From NCBI GenBank assembly GCA_050873925.1, contig JBNMJR010000001.1:1-49067 (forward strand): 49,067 nucleotides of DNA, written 5' to 3'. Origin of the DNA: Acetatifactor sp. (lineage in GTDB: Bacteria > Bacillota > Clostridia > Lachnospirales > Lachnospiraceae). Under the pieces are notes generated by a model. That model was not told where the DNA came from. It made no database searches and was given only the letters and a program-made list of their open reading frames with translations. Below, one piece after another: positions 27,046 to 35,595 of this stretch (the first letter of the stretch is position 1; each line of letters begins with the position of its first letter). Made by a program: the position numbers and the translations under genes.

Positions 27046-27594
27046 CTATACGGAATACCGTAAACGTTCCTGTCCGTCGAAGTCTTTCCACACAAAATCT
27101 TTTCCTTCCCAGATCATGTATCCGTGCCAGCTTTCCTCCTTGGGAATCGACACGGATCCCGGGTTCATACAGATATACTGCTCTGCCTCATGAACCACGC
27201 ATTTCGGAACGTGAGTATGACCGTGCAGTAAAATATCTCCGGGATGCAGCGGCGGCAGTTTCTCTTCATTATAAATATGGCCATGGGTAGCATAAATTGC
27301 CAGCGTTCCCTCCGCGAGTACGCAATAGTCACTCAGCACCGGAAATTCCAGCACCATCTGGTCCACCTCCGTGTCACAATTCCCCCGGACGCAGTAGATG
27401 TCATTTTTCCGCTCATTCAGTAAAGAGATCACTTCCTTGGGAGCGTAATCTCTTGGCAGGTCATTTCTGGGGCCATGATATAATATATCACCCAGCAAAA
27501 GCAGCCTGTCGGCCTTTTCCTCTGTATAGGCTTCCAACAGTTTTCGACAGTAATATGCCGATCCGTGAATATCCGATGCGATCATCCATTTCAT
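27046..27594 (-). CDS. yfcE: YfcE-type metallophosphodiesterase
   Basis: SDIHG, GDILYHGPRN, RGNCD, HGH, HGHTH, NPGS. Confidence 0.92.
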   Translation of the reverse strand: MKWMIASDIHGSAYYCRKLLEAYTEEKADRLLLLGDILYHGPRNDLPRDYAPKEVISLLNERKNDIYCVRGNCDTEVDQMVLEFPVLSDYCVLAEGTLAIYATHGHIYNEEKLPPLHPGDILLHGHTHVPKCVVHEAEQYICMNPGSVSIPKEESWHGYMIWEGKDFVWKDFDGQERLRYSV

Positions 27595-27637
27595 AAGTAT
27601 CTCCTCCTACCGTCAGTATAATCCCACGGCCCGTGAC

Positions 27638-27666
27638 TTGACAAGCTTTCTCAGATAAAGTACATT
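27638..27666 (+). promoter_or_regulatory. sigmaA promoter of trmB-trxA
   Basis: TTGACA-17 nt-TACATT. Confidence 0.65.
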
Positions 27667-27703
27667 GACAATACAGATTACTATAAGAAAGGCTGAGATT
27701 ACC

Positions 27704-28348
27704 ATGAGGTTACGAAATATTACCGGTTCCCGGGAGGTCATTGCGGAAAGTCCCTATGTTGTTCCGGAAGACACTCTGGAAACATGCCCCGGAACCTGGC
27801 ATGAAATTTTCGGGAACGATCACCCGATCCGTATCGAAATCGGTATGGGAAAAGGACGTTTCCTGCACACCCTTGCAAAACAGAATCCGCAGATCAATTA
27901 TGTGGGAATTGAAAAATATTCCAGCGTATTGCTCCGCGCGATCCAGAAAATGGAGGAAGACGAGCTTCCCAATCTGAAATTCATCCGTATGGATGCGGAA
28001 GATATTGATAAGGTATTCGGAAAAGGTGAGGTGGACCGCATTTATCTGAATTTCTCCGATCCCTGGCCGAAGGACCGTCATGCGAAGAGAAGGCTTCCTT
28101 CGAGACAGTTTCTGGCACGCTATGATGTGATTCTGAAAAAAGAGGGCACACTGGAATTCAAGACGGACAATCGCCCGTTGTTTGATTTTGCGGTAGAGGA
28201 ACTGGAACCCGCCGGATGGAAAGCACAGGTGATCACCTACGATCTGCATAACGATGCCGCGCTGATGGAAGGGAATGTCATGACCGAATACGAGGAAAAG
28301 TTTTCCTCCGTTGGCAATCCTATCTGTAAATACATTATTTACAGATAA
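27704..28348 (+). CDS. trmB: tRNA (guanine-N7)-methyltransferase
   Basis: EIGMGKG, NFSDPWPK.RHAKRRL, FKTD, TEYEEKF. Confidence 0.95.
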   Translation: MRLRNITGSREVIAESPYVVPEDTLETCPGTWHEIFGNDHPIRIEIGMGKGRFLHTLAKQNPQINYVGIEKYSSVLLRAIQKMEEDELPNLKFIRMDAEDIDKVFGKGEVDRIYLNFSDPWPKDRHAKRRLPSRQFLARYDVILKKEGTLEFKTDNRPLFDFAVEELEPAGWKAQVITYDLHNDAALMEGNVMTEYEEKFSSVGNPICKYIIYR

Positions 28349-28407
28349 GGCCCCGAATATAGAATCTTATTTTTGAGATACTATCAACAAATGAAAGGAA
28401 GGATACT

Positions 28408-28728
28408 ATGGAATATACGTTTACCGTTGCAAATTTTGAAGAAGAAGTTCTGAAATCCACCCTGCCCGTTCTGGTGGATTTCTACGCAGACTGGTGCAAT
28501 CCCTGCAAGATGATGGCTCCTACCGTGGCAAAACTGGCAGAAGCTTACGAGGGGAAAGTAAAAGTCGGCAAGATCAATGTGGATGAAAACATGACCATCG
28601 CTCAGAAATACCGCGTGGCAAGCATTCCGAATTTTGTAGTTTTCCGAAATGGACAGCCCGTGGCAAACTTTGTCGGTGCCATGTCCGAAGCAGACTTCCG
28701 TGAGAAGCTGGAACAGGCGATTCTGTAA
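28408..28728 (+). CDS. trxA: Thioredoxin
   Basis: VDFYADWCNPCK active site, 106 aa. Confidence 0.93.
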   Translation: MEYTFTVANFEEEVLKSTLPVLVDFYADWCNPCKMMAPTVAKLAEAYEGKVKVGKINVDENMTIAQKYRVASIPNFVVFRNGQPVANFVGAMSEADFREKLEQAIL

Positions 28729-28740
28729 AAATAAGTTTTG

Positions 28741-28788
28741 AAACCCCGGGTACGGTGAGAGGATGTCTCTGCCGTATCCGGGGTTTTT
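28741..28788. terminator. Bidirectional terminator between trxA and the uvrA-like gene
   Basis: AAACCCCGGGTACGG...CCGTATCCGGGGTTT stem with T tract. Confidence 0.85.
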
Positions 28789-28802
28789 CTTTTTTATATA
28801 TA

Positions 28803-31298
28803 TTACAGGTATTTTCCCGTAATGCTGTCCGCATTCGTCCCGATCTGCTCCGGGGTTCCCACAGCCACGACTCTTCCGCCGTCTTCTCCGCCACCGGGCC
28901 CCATATCAATGATGTAATCGGCGTTGCGGATCACATCCAGATCATGTTCAATGACAATTACCGTCGCCCCATTGTCCACCAGTGCCTGAAATACCTGCAA
29001 CAGAGTCTGTACATCTAACGGATGCAGTCCGATCGTCGGCTCATCAAATACAAACACGGAATCCGACTGGCCTCTGCCCATTTCACTGGCCAGCTTCAGC
29101 CGCTGGGCTTCCCCGCCGGAAAGGCTGGGGGTCTCCTCTCCCAGAGTGAGATACCCAAGTCCCAGATTTTTCAGTACTTCCAACCGCTGGTGCACGACTT
29201 TCCAGTCCTGCGTTGCCTGTAGTGCTGTCGTAACATCCATCTCCATCATCTGTGGCAGAGAATAACGTTTCCCCTGTTTGTTTTCATAGCAGATGTCCCA
29301 TGCCTCTTTGGCATAACGGGAACCGCCACACTCCGGGCAGGGCACATCCACATCCGGCAGGAACTGCACATCCAAACTGATCTGTCCGGTACCGTCACAG
29401 ACCGGACATCTTAATTTTCCGGTATTATAGGAAAAATCTCCCGCCTTGTATTTCTTGTTTTTTGCATCCGCAGTTTTGGCATAGATTTTCCGCAGTTCGT
29501 CATGTACATTGGCATAAGTGGCTACCGTGGATCGCACATTGATGCCGATGGGGGAGGCATCGATCAGTTTCACATGAGAGATCCCCTCTGCGGTGATGCT
29601 TTTTACATGTCCTGGGAAATGTTCCCCATTTAGCTTCGCTTCCAGTCCGGGGATCAGGCTTTCCAGCACCATGGTGGTCTTCCCGGAACCGGAAACGCCC
29701 GTAACTACCGTAAGTCTTCCTTTGGGGATGTCGATTTCCAGAGGTTTTACCGTGTGGATCGCATCCGTGGACAGATGCAGTTTCCCCAGTGCAAATATTT
29801 CCTCCCTGGTGATGGGCTTACGGATACGCATATCCGCAGTCCCTGCCAGAAAAGGACCAATCATGGATTCTTCCCGCGCGATCACCTGAGGAATCGTGCC
29901 CTGTGTGATCACATAACCGCCTCCGGCACCGGCTTCCGGTCCCATCTCGATCAGCCAATCCGCTTCGGACAGGATCTGGGTATCATGGTCTACTAAAATG
30001 ATGGAGTTGCCATCGGCGATCAGATCATGCATCACCGCATTCAGTCCCACAATGTTCGAAGGATGCAGACCAATGGAAGGCTCGTCCAGCACATAGAGCA
30101 CCCCGGTGGTACGGTTTCGCACCGCCCGGGCCAGCTGCATCCGCTGTCTTTCCCCGGTGGACAGGGAGGCTGCCGCACGATCCAGAGACAGATAAGAAAG
30201 TCCCAGATCCATCAGCCTTTTGGCCACAGTCTGGAAGGATTCACAGATGGATTCCGCCATAGGCCGCATCTCTTCCGGCAGGAAATCCGGTACTCCCGCT
30301 ACCCAGTCCACCAGTTCTTTCAAGGGCATCTGACAGGCCTGCGCCAGCCCTATCCCCCGGAGTCTCGGTGCTCTGGCTGCGTCCGAAAGTCTGCTGCCGC
30401 CACATTCCGGGCAGATGTCCTCCTTTAAGAATTTTTCCACCCGTTTCATGCCCTTTTCGTCTTTTACCTTTGCCAGCGCATTTTCTACCGTATATACCGC
30501 ATTAAAATAAGTAAAATCCAGTTCTCCCGCCTGATTGGTCTTCTTCGATTTGTAAAAAATATGTTTCTTCTCCGCGGGCCCGTGATAGACGATCTCCTTT
30601 TCCCGATCTGTGAGTTCCCGGAAAGGCACATCCGTCCGCACTCCCATCTCTCGACAGACATCTGTCATCAACGACCACATGAGACTGTTCCAGGGCGCCA
30701 CCGCTCCCTCGTCAATGCTCAGGGAATCATCCGGCACCAGCGAATCCAGATCCACGGTCCGCACGCTTCCCGTACCTCCGCACTTCGGGCAGGCTCCCTG
30801 CGAATTAAATGCCAGTTCTTCCGCGCTGGGGGCATGCACCTTCGCCCTGCATTCCGGGCACAGGATCTCCTGCTCCGCCGCTACTTTCAGGGTCGGCGGC
30901 ACATAATGTCCGTTGGGACAGCGATGAGAAGCCAGGCGGGAATACATCAGACGCAGGCTGTTCAAAAGTTCCGTGCCTGTTCCGAAGGTACTGCGGATTC
31001 CCGGAATCCCAGGGCGTTGGTGCAGCGCCAGTGCTGCCGGAACATAGAGGACTTCATCCACCTGGGCTTTCGCCGCACCGGTCATACGTCTTCTGGTGTA
31101 TGTAGACAGGGATTCCAGATAACGTCTGGAGCCCTCCGCGTAGAGGACGCCCAGTGCCAGCGAAGATTTTCCCGAACCGGATACTCCGGCGATTCCCACG
31201 ATTTTGTGCAGCGGGACATCCACATCGATATTTTTCAGGTTATGGACCTTCGCACCTCTTACTTTGATATGTTTTGGCTCATTGGTCTCGTTTTCCAT
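28803..31298 (-). CDS. UvrA-like ABC ATPase (class II UvrA / DrrC-like)
   Basis: HNLKNIDV, two GVSGSGK Walker A, LSTGE and LSGGE signatures, DEP Walker B, several CxxC zinc motifs; 831 aa, apparently lacking the UvrB-binding insertion. Confidence 0.88.
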   Translation of the reverse strand: MENETNEPKHIKVRGAKVHNLKNIDVDVPLHKIVGIAGVSGSGKSSLALGVLYAEGSRRYLESLSTYTRRRMTGAAKAQVDEVLYVPAALALHQRPGIPGIRSTFGTGTELLNSLRLMYSRLASHRCPNGHYVPPTLKVAAEQEILCPECRAKVHAPSAEELAFNSQGACPKCGGTGSVRTVDLDSLVPDDSLSIDEGAVAPWNSLMWSLMTDVCREMGVRTDVPFRELTDREKEIVYHGPAEKKHIFYKSKKTNQAGELDFTYFNAVYTVENALAKVKDEKGMKRVEKFLKEDICPECGGSRLSDAARAPRLRGIGLAQACQMPLKELVDWVAGVPDFLPEEMRPMAESICESFQTVAKRLMDLGLSYLSLDRAAASLSTGERQRMQLARAVRNRTTGVLYVLDEPSIGLHPSNIVGLNAVMHDLIADGNSIILVDHDTQILSEADWLIEMGPEAGAGGGYVITQGTIPQVIAREESMIGPFLAGTADMRIRKPITREEIFALGKLHLSTDAIHTVKPLEIDIPKGRLTVVTGVSGSGKTTMVLESLIPGLEAKLNGEHFPGHVKSITAEGISHVKLIDASPIGINVRSTVATYANVHDELRKIYAKTADAKNKKYKAGDFSYNTGKLRCPVCDGTGQISLDVQFLPDVDVPCPECGGSRYAKEAWDICYENKQGKRYSLPQMMEMDVTTALQATQDWKVVHQRLEVLKNLGLGYLTLGEETPSLSGGEAQRLKLASEMGRGQSDSVFVFDEPTIGLHPLDVQTLLQVFQALVDNGATVIVIEHDLDVIRNADYIIDMGPGGGEDGGRVVAVGTPEQIGTNADSITGKYL

Positions 31299-31328
31299 GA
31301 TAGTACTCCTTGTCTTTTGCTTCCATTT

Positions 31329-32228
31329 TTAAAACAGATCCAGCATATTATCCAGATAGATTTCTTCCCTGACCTGTAGCTGGTACTCCGGCTTCGTCAT
31401 ATAATACAGTAAAAATTCCAGGATCAATGCACTGCCCAGTCCCCGGCCTTCGATCTTATAATTGGAAAATCCCATGGGCAGGTAGATCTTCTGAATGTCT
31501 TCCACGCTGATAAATCCGGGATTTTTCATGGCTTTGGAGAAACGATAGCCCTCCTCCGCTCCCGGAGAAACGCAGCGGAAATCCGGATCCTCTCCCAGAT
31601 TCCTGCGGCTGACGGCTTCATAGCATTCCTTCCTGTCCTTACAGCCGAAATAACAGCATTCATTGCACAGAAATTCCACTTTGTCTTTCTGCGGTTCTGT
31701 CAGCGTATTTAATTTTTCATAAGCCTTATTCAGACGGAAATCCGGTACAACATAGCGGAAATCTTCTCTGTCAATCTCTTTTTTTAAGGCTTCAAAATCC
31801 GTCAGGACCTTCGTGGTGGAGGATACCAGGTAAAGTTCCGGATAATGACTTTTCAGATACTGTAACAACAGGTCTGAATGGACGATCACACCGTTCTCCG
31901 GGGTTGCATTTTCCGCAAACAGGGCACAGAGTTCATTGCATCTTCTGTCCGAAAGATGTTCCTCGCAAAGCTGCGAATTGCTAAAAGTCAGTCGGGCCGA
32001 AATGCCGTATTCCTGTAGCAACGCCAGCACTTCTCCGGCATCATGATCTTCCAGCGAGACGCGGCCGCCGCCCCAGATGGAGTCCGGCGGAGCTCCATAA
32101 ATGGAGCCGATGTCGCACCAGTCGTAAAAATATTCCCGATGCTCCCGGAATAATGGAAGAAATATCCGGTATAATTCGTAGAATTCAAACAGACCGGGAA
32201 GATGGTAATAAGCTGTTTTTTTATTCAT
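31329..32228 (-). CDS. Uncharacterised Cys-rich protein, U32 (TrhP/RlhA/UbiU)-like Fe-S TIM barrel
   Basis: VEFLCNECCYFGCKDRKEC cluster and C-terminal YKIEGR motif characteristic of U32 proteins. Confidence 0.6.
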   Translation of the reverse strand: MNKKTAYYHLPGLFEFYELYRIFLPLFREHREYFYDWCDIGSIYGAPPDSIWGGGRVSLEDHDAGEVLALLQEYGISARLTFSNSQLCEEHLSDRRCNELCALFAENATPENGVIVHSDLLLQYLKSHYPELYLVSSTTKVLTDFEALKKEIDREDFRYVVPDFRLNKAYEKLNTLTEPQKDKVEFLCNECCYFGCKDRKECYEAVSRRNLGEDPDFRCVSPGAEEGYRFSKAMKNPGFISVEDIQKIYLPMGFSNYKIEGRGLGSALILEFLLYYMTKPEYQLQVREEIYLDNMLDLF

Positions 32229-32280
32229 ATTTCAAAAATCCACCATTTAGATAATATTGAATAGGGACAACCATAGGTAT

Positions 32281-32309
32281 ATTATAGCTTATCCGAAAAA
32301 ATGAAACAA
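32281..32309 (-). promoter_or_regulatory. Putative promoter of the U32-like/uvrA-like pair
   Basis: TTGTTT-17 nt-TATAAT; -35 overlapped by GAAACA-ATC-TGTTTC palindrome (32303-32317). Confidence 0.5.
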
Positions 32310-32365
32310 TCTGTTTCCAACTTCAAGAAAACAGGGACACATTGCATGCCCCTGTCTGTTTTTCT

Positions 32366-33493
32366 TTATTTTCCCCAGACTTCCTCTGCCACTTCTTTCA
32401 CCAGCCGGAGTTTCGCCCACTGCTCTTCCTCGGTCAGCTTGTTGCCGATCTCGCAGGAGGCAAATCCGCACTGGGGGCTTAAGTATAATCTCTCCAGCGG
32501 AATATATTTTGCCGCATCATGGATCCGGTCAATGACAAACTGTTTGTCCTCCAGTACGGGAGACTTGGTGGTGATCAGTCCCAGCACGACCTTTTTCTCT
32601 CCGGATACCTTGGCCAAAGGTGCGAAACCGCCGGATCTCTCATCGTCGAACTCCAGGAAAAAAGCGTTCACATTCTCTTCTCCGAACAGAATGTCTGCTA
32701 CGGAATCATACGCGCCCTCGCTTGCGTAGGTAGAATGGAAATTGCCACGGCATACATGGGTATTGATGATCATATCCTTCGGTGCATTGGCGATCACCTT
32801 ATTGTTAATGTCCTTGTGGGCTTTCTGGAATTCCACAATTCCCTCTCTGGTGGTTCCGTATAGGGTATGGCCGATCTTATCTGCAAACATGCCCCAGGTG
32901 CAGTCATCCAGCTGTAAGTTTCTGCATCCTGCCGCATAGAGATCATCGATCACTTTTCCGTAGCCCGCCACGATGTCATTTACCAGCTCCTGCTCGTCCG
33001 GATAATGCTTCTCTGTGTAGCCTCGGTTAAACGGCATGGTAAACTGCGCCAGAAACTGGGCTGGGGAAGGTATGGTCTGCTTCGCCACGGTATTTTCATC
33101 CTCTAATGCTTTCACAAACCGGAAGTGCTCCACAAAAGGATGCTCTCCGGTCAGTCCGATCTTGCCTATAATATAAGTATCATCCACCATGGCCGCCTCG
33201 CCGTGGAACGGAAGTCCCGTCTTGGTAGAGGTATGGCCGATACCGTCAAATCCCCACATAAAATCCAAATGCCAGGTGGCTCTGCGGAATTCTCCGTCTG
33301 TGATCACATGATAACCCAACTCCTTGATCTTGCTCACAAGCTCTGTAATGGCTTCATCCTCCGCTTCCTTCAGTGCGGAAGCATCAATCTTTCCTTCATC
33401 AAACTGTCTTCTTGCTTTCTTCAGCTTTTCCGGTCTTAAAAAGCTTCCTACGAAATCATAACGAAAAGGTGTCTGTAAATTACTCATTGTCAT
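32366..33493 (-). CDS. Cobalamin-independent methionine synthase catalytic-domain-only protein (YxjH-like)
   Basis: VGSFLRP, TDGEFRR, HVCRGN Zn motif, LEFDDERSG, LSPQCGFAS; about 375 aa, no N-terminal MetE barrel. Confidence 0.9.
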   Translation of the reverse strand: MTMSNLQTPFRYDFVGSFLRPEKLKKARRQFDEGKIDASALKEAEDEAITELVSKIKELGYHVITDGEFRRATWHLDFMWGFDGIGHTSTKTGLPFHGEAAMVDDTYIIGKIGLTGEHPFVEHFRFVKALEDENTVAKQTIPSPAQFLAQFTMPFNRGYTEKHYPDEQELVNDIVAGYGKVIDDLYAAGCRNLQLDDCTWGMFADKIGHTLYGTTREGIVEFQKAHKDINNKVIANAPKDMIINTHVCRGNFHSTYASEGAYDSVADILFGEENVNAFFLEFDDERSGGFAPLAKVSGEKKVVLGLITTKSPVLEDKQFVIDRIHDAAKYIPLERLYLSPQCGFASCEIGNKLTEEEQWAKLRLVKEVAEEVWGK

Positions 33494-33537
33494 TCTCTCC
33501 ATTTCTTTGCTGTTTTGTCGTTTTTTGAATTGTCCTC

Positions 33538-33565
33538 ATTATATGAGAAATGGCGAGATTCGCAA
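33538..33565 (-). promoter_or_regulatory. Promoter of the methionine synthase gene
   Basis: TTGCGA-16 nt-TATAAT. Confidence 0.6.
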
Positions 33566-33587
33566 AATACATAAAAATAAGGGTTGT

Positions 33588-33606
33588 CCATAGTTTCAAG
33601 CTATGG
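33588..33606. promoter_or_regulatory. MtaR/MetR-type LysR binding site
   Basis: CCATAG-TTTCAAG-CTATGG resembles the streptococcal MtaR/MetR box TATAGtttnaaaCTATA; centred about -65 from the predicted start site. Confidence 0.7.
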
Positions 33607-33615
33607 GCAGCCCAT

Positions 33616-34515
33616 TTACCCTAAATACTTTTGCAATGCTTCCAGATAGGTGGATCCCAGTCTGCTGAGCATTCCTTTTCTGTGTGTGATATAGCCGATC
33701 CGCATATCACTCTCATCGGCCAGCGGCACAGCGATAATATCTTTGCCGTTCAATTTCTTATCGATCACACCACTGCATACGGTGTAACCGTTCAGGCCGA
33801 TCAGCAGATTGAACAGTGTCGCTCTGTCCCGCACACGGATATTTTTCTTGCGTTCAAAATCAGAGAAGATCTCCTCCGAAAAATAAAAGGAATTGTGTTC
33901 TCCCTGTTCAAAGGAGAGGTACGGATATTCTTCCAATTCTTCGTTCGAAATTATGCTGTTATCCGCCAGCGGATGTTTTCTGCTGATAAATACATGGGGT
34001 CTGGCAACAAACAGTTGGTGAAATTCCAGATCGTTGGATTTCAGCAGTTTACTGAGCACGGCCTGATTAAAGTCATTCAGAAACAGGATCCCAATCTCAC
34101 TGCGCAGATGCGCCACATCCTCTATGATCTCGTAGGTCTGGGTCTCCCGTAGGCTGAAATCGTATTCTTCCTGTCCGTACTGCTTGATCAAGTCCACGAA
34201 AGCATTGACGGCAAAGGAATAGTGCTGGGTGGACACACAGAATTGTTTTTTACCACCGGGATTTCCCTTGTATTTATCTTCAAGAATCGCCGCCTGCTCC
34301 AACACCTGTCTCGCATATCCCAGGAAATCATCTCCTTCCTTGGAAAGTGTGATTCCCTTGTTCGTCCGATTGAAAATAACAATATTCATTTCCTTTTCCA
34401 GCTCATGGATCGCGTTGGTGAGACTGGGCTGGGAAACATACAACCGGTTGGCCGCTTCCGTAATAGTGCCGGTTTCCGCCACCGTTATTACATACTTTAA
34501 TTGCTGAAGTGTCAT
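33616..34515 (-). CDS. LysR family regulator, MtaR/MetR-like
   Basis: MTLQQLKY HTH with SQPSLT; STQHYSF and SFEQGEHNSFYFSEE motifs of the MtaR group. Confidence 0.9.
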   Translation of the reverse strand: MTLQQLKYVITVAETGTITEAANRLYVSQPSLTNAIHELEKEMNIVIFNRTNKGITLSKEGDDFLGYARQVLEQAAILEDKYKGNPGGKKQFCVSTQHYSFAVNAFVDLIKQYGQEEYDFSLRETQTYEIIEDVAHLRSEIGILFLNDFNQAVLSKLLKSNDLEFHQLFVARPHVFISRKHPLADNSIISNEELEEYPYLSFEQGEHNSFYFSEEIFSDFERKKNIRVRDRATLFNLLIGLNGYTVCSGVIDKKLNGKDIIAVPLADESDMRIGYITHRKGMLSRLGSTYLEALQKYLG

Positions 34516-34522
34516 ATCTCCC

Positions 34523-34612
34523 CTATTTTTTATCCTTTTTACTTTCACCGTAAATGGCGACAGCAACGCACAGGATCGCCGCTGCAACCGCCAGCCAGAA
34601 TGCCAGATCCAT
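34523..34612 (-). CDS. 29-aa single-TM small protein (MDLAFWLAVAAAILCVAVAIYGESKKDKK)
   Basis: ATG 8 nt after GGGAGT, hydrophobic helix plus basic tail, stop 7 nt before the LysR start; below the ORF-track cutoff. Confidence 0.65.
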   Translation of the reverse strand: MDLAFWLAVAAAILCVAVAIYGESKKDKK

Positions 34613-34648
34613 ATATTGTCACTCCCAAAGTTTTCAAAATCTCTTTCT

Positions 34649-34678
34649 AAGGTTAGCACTCGCTAACCTTCCTGTCAA
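34649..34678 (-). promoter_or_regulatory. Promoter with overlapping palindromic operator
   Basis: TTGACA-17 nt-TAACCT; perfect AAGGTTAGC-N4-GCTAACCTT (34649-34670) covers the spacer and -10. Confidence 0.7.
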
Positions 34679-34708
34679 TCTTTCTTCCTTTGGGAAGCGG
34701 ATTTCTTC

Positions 34709-34936
34709 TCAGACAATATCTTTGAGTTCTTCCTCTTCCTGGCGTTTCATTTTCTCGATTTCTTTTTTATTGATTTTTTCTACTATAACAGAAATTACCG
34801 CGGTTCCAATGATAAGTACCGCTGCCTCTAACCCGGTATTTTCGTAGTCCACAAATAAGGATACTACAAACATCAGCAGCGAGGTAATAATCAGACCGGC
34901 CTCTATGTATTTTATTTTTTCCTGCAAGTGTCTCAT
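34709..34936 (-). CDS. Small 2-TM hypothetical membrane protein
   Basis: 75 aa, two hydrophobic helices, ATGA overlap with the upstream gene. Confidence 0.65.
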   Translation of the reverse strand: MRHLQEKIKYIEAGLIITSLLMFVVSLFVDYENTGLEAAVLIIGTAVISVIVEKINKKEIEKMKRQEEEELKDIV

Positions 34937-35529
34937 AAGATCAGTCCCTCCCTTGCATCCACACCGGTCTCCTTCCGGTTCATATATTCAAAGGAAACCT
35001 TTTTATGTTTTACATAGACCTGCTTCATGGTCAGAATGGGAATCTGATAAGACTCTCCCCGTTCTTCCCAATATCCCACACCATCTTCTCTTTCCTGCTC
35101 GAGTAACAGATGAATATACGGATCTTTACTGCTGTAGCAGATGTAGAACTTTTTCATACTTCCCATCGTCGGTGTAACAACGATCTCCACATGACCTGTT
35201 CTGTATTTTGCCAGTCGTTTGATGGCGTATTCGATCTGGGAAAAATCCGTAACAGTCTCTACCTTATCCCCGTAAGTTAAGGTGAATGTGTAGGTCAGAG
35301 ACTTGTCGATCTTATACTTGGTGTATTTCGTTTTCTCTTTGTGGTATTTAACAGAAAAGTAAACGCTGATCACGAAGATCACCAGACCCAGCAGAAACAT
35401 GATAAGCGGCGGCAGGATCTGCTTCTCCTTTGTCGCACCGCAGAAATAAATGACCGGGAACACCATAAAAACCAGTCCCGCCATAATGAGACCGGAATAA
35501 AAGGATTCCCAACTCCTCTTTGTAAACAT
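34933..35529 (-). CDS. Hypothetical membrane protein (2 TM plus soluble domain)
   Basis: Start MFTKR after GGGGAG; two N-terminal TMs. Confidence 0.65.
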   Translation of the reverse strand: MFTKRSWESFYSGLIMAGLVFMVFPVIYFCGATKEKQILPPLIMFLLGLVIFVISVYFSVKYHKEKTKYTKYKIDKSLTYTFTLTYGDKVETVTDFSQIEYAIKRLAKYRTGHVEIVVTPTMGSMKKFYICYSSKDPYIHLLLEQEREDGVGYWEERGESYQIPILTMKQVYVKHKKVSFEYMNRKETGVDAREGLIL

Positions 35530-35595
35530 ATCTCCCCACTCCTTTGTATTATTTTCCCTCATAGTAGCACAAGAGCGGGGTATCGTCATCCTTTT

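Noticed and set aside
28803-31298. Canonical uvrA of nucleotide excision repair
   Set aside because: About 100 aa shorter, apparently lacks the UvrB-binding domain, divergent motifs, no uvrB/uvrC; symbol withheld
32270-32292. Second MtaR box upstream of the U32-like gene
   Set aside because: Only a CATAG half-site; no CTAT arm at N7
34516-34659. N-terminal extension of the LysR ORF, and similar extensions in the ORF track (e.g. 4483, 14164, 15007)
   Set aside because: Better SD-backed starts lie downstream; the extensions overlap other genes or promoters
34653-34661. CIRCE element (TTAGCACTC)
   Set aside because: Second arm GAGTGCTAA is absent at N9; better explained by a different palindrome. 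TAGCACTC at 36673 also lacks a partner
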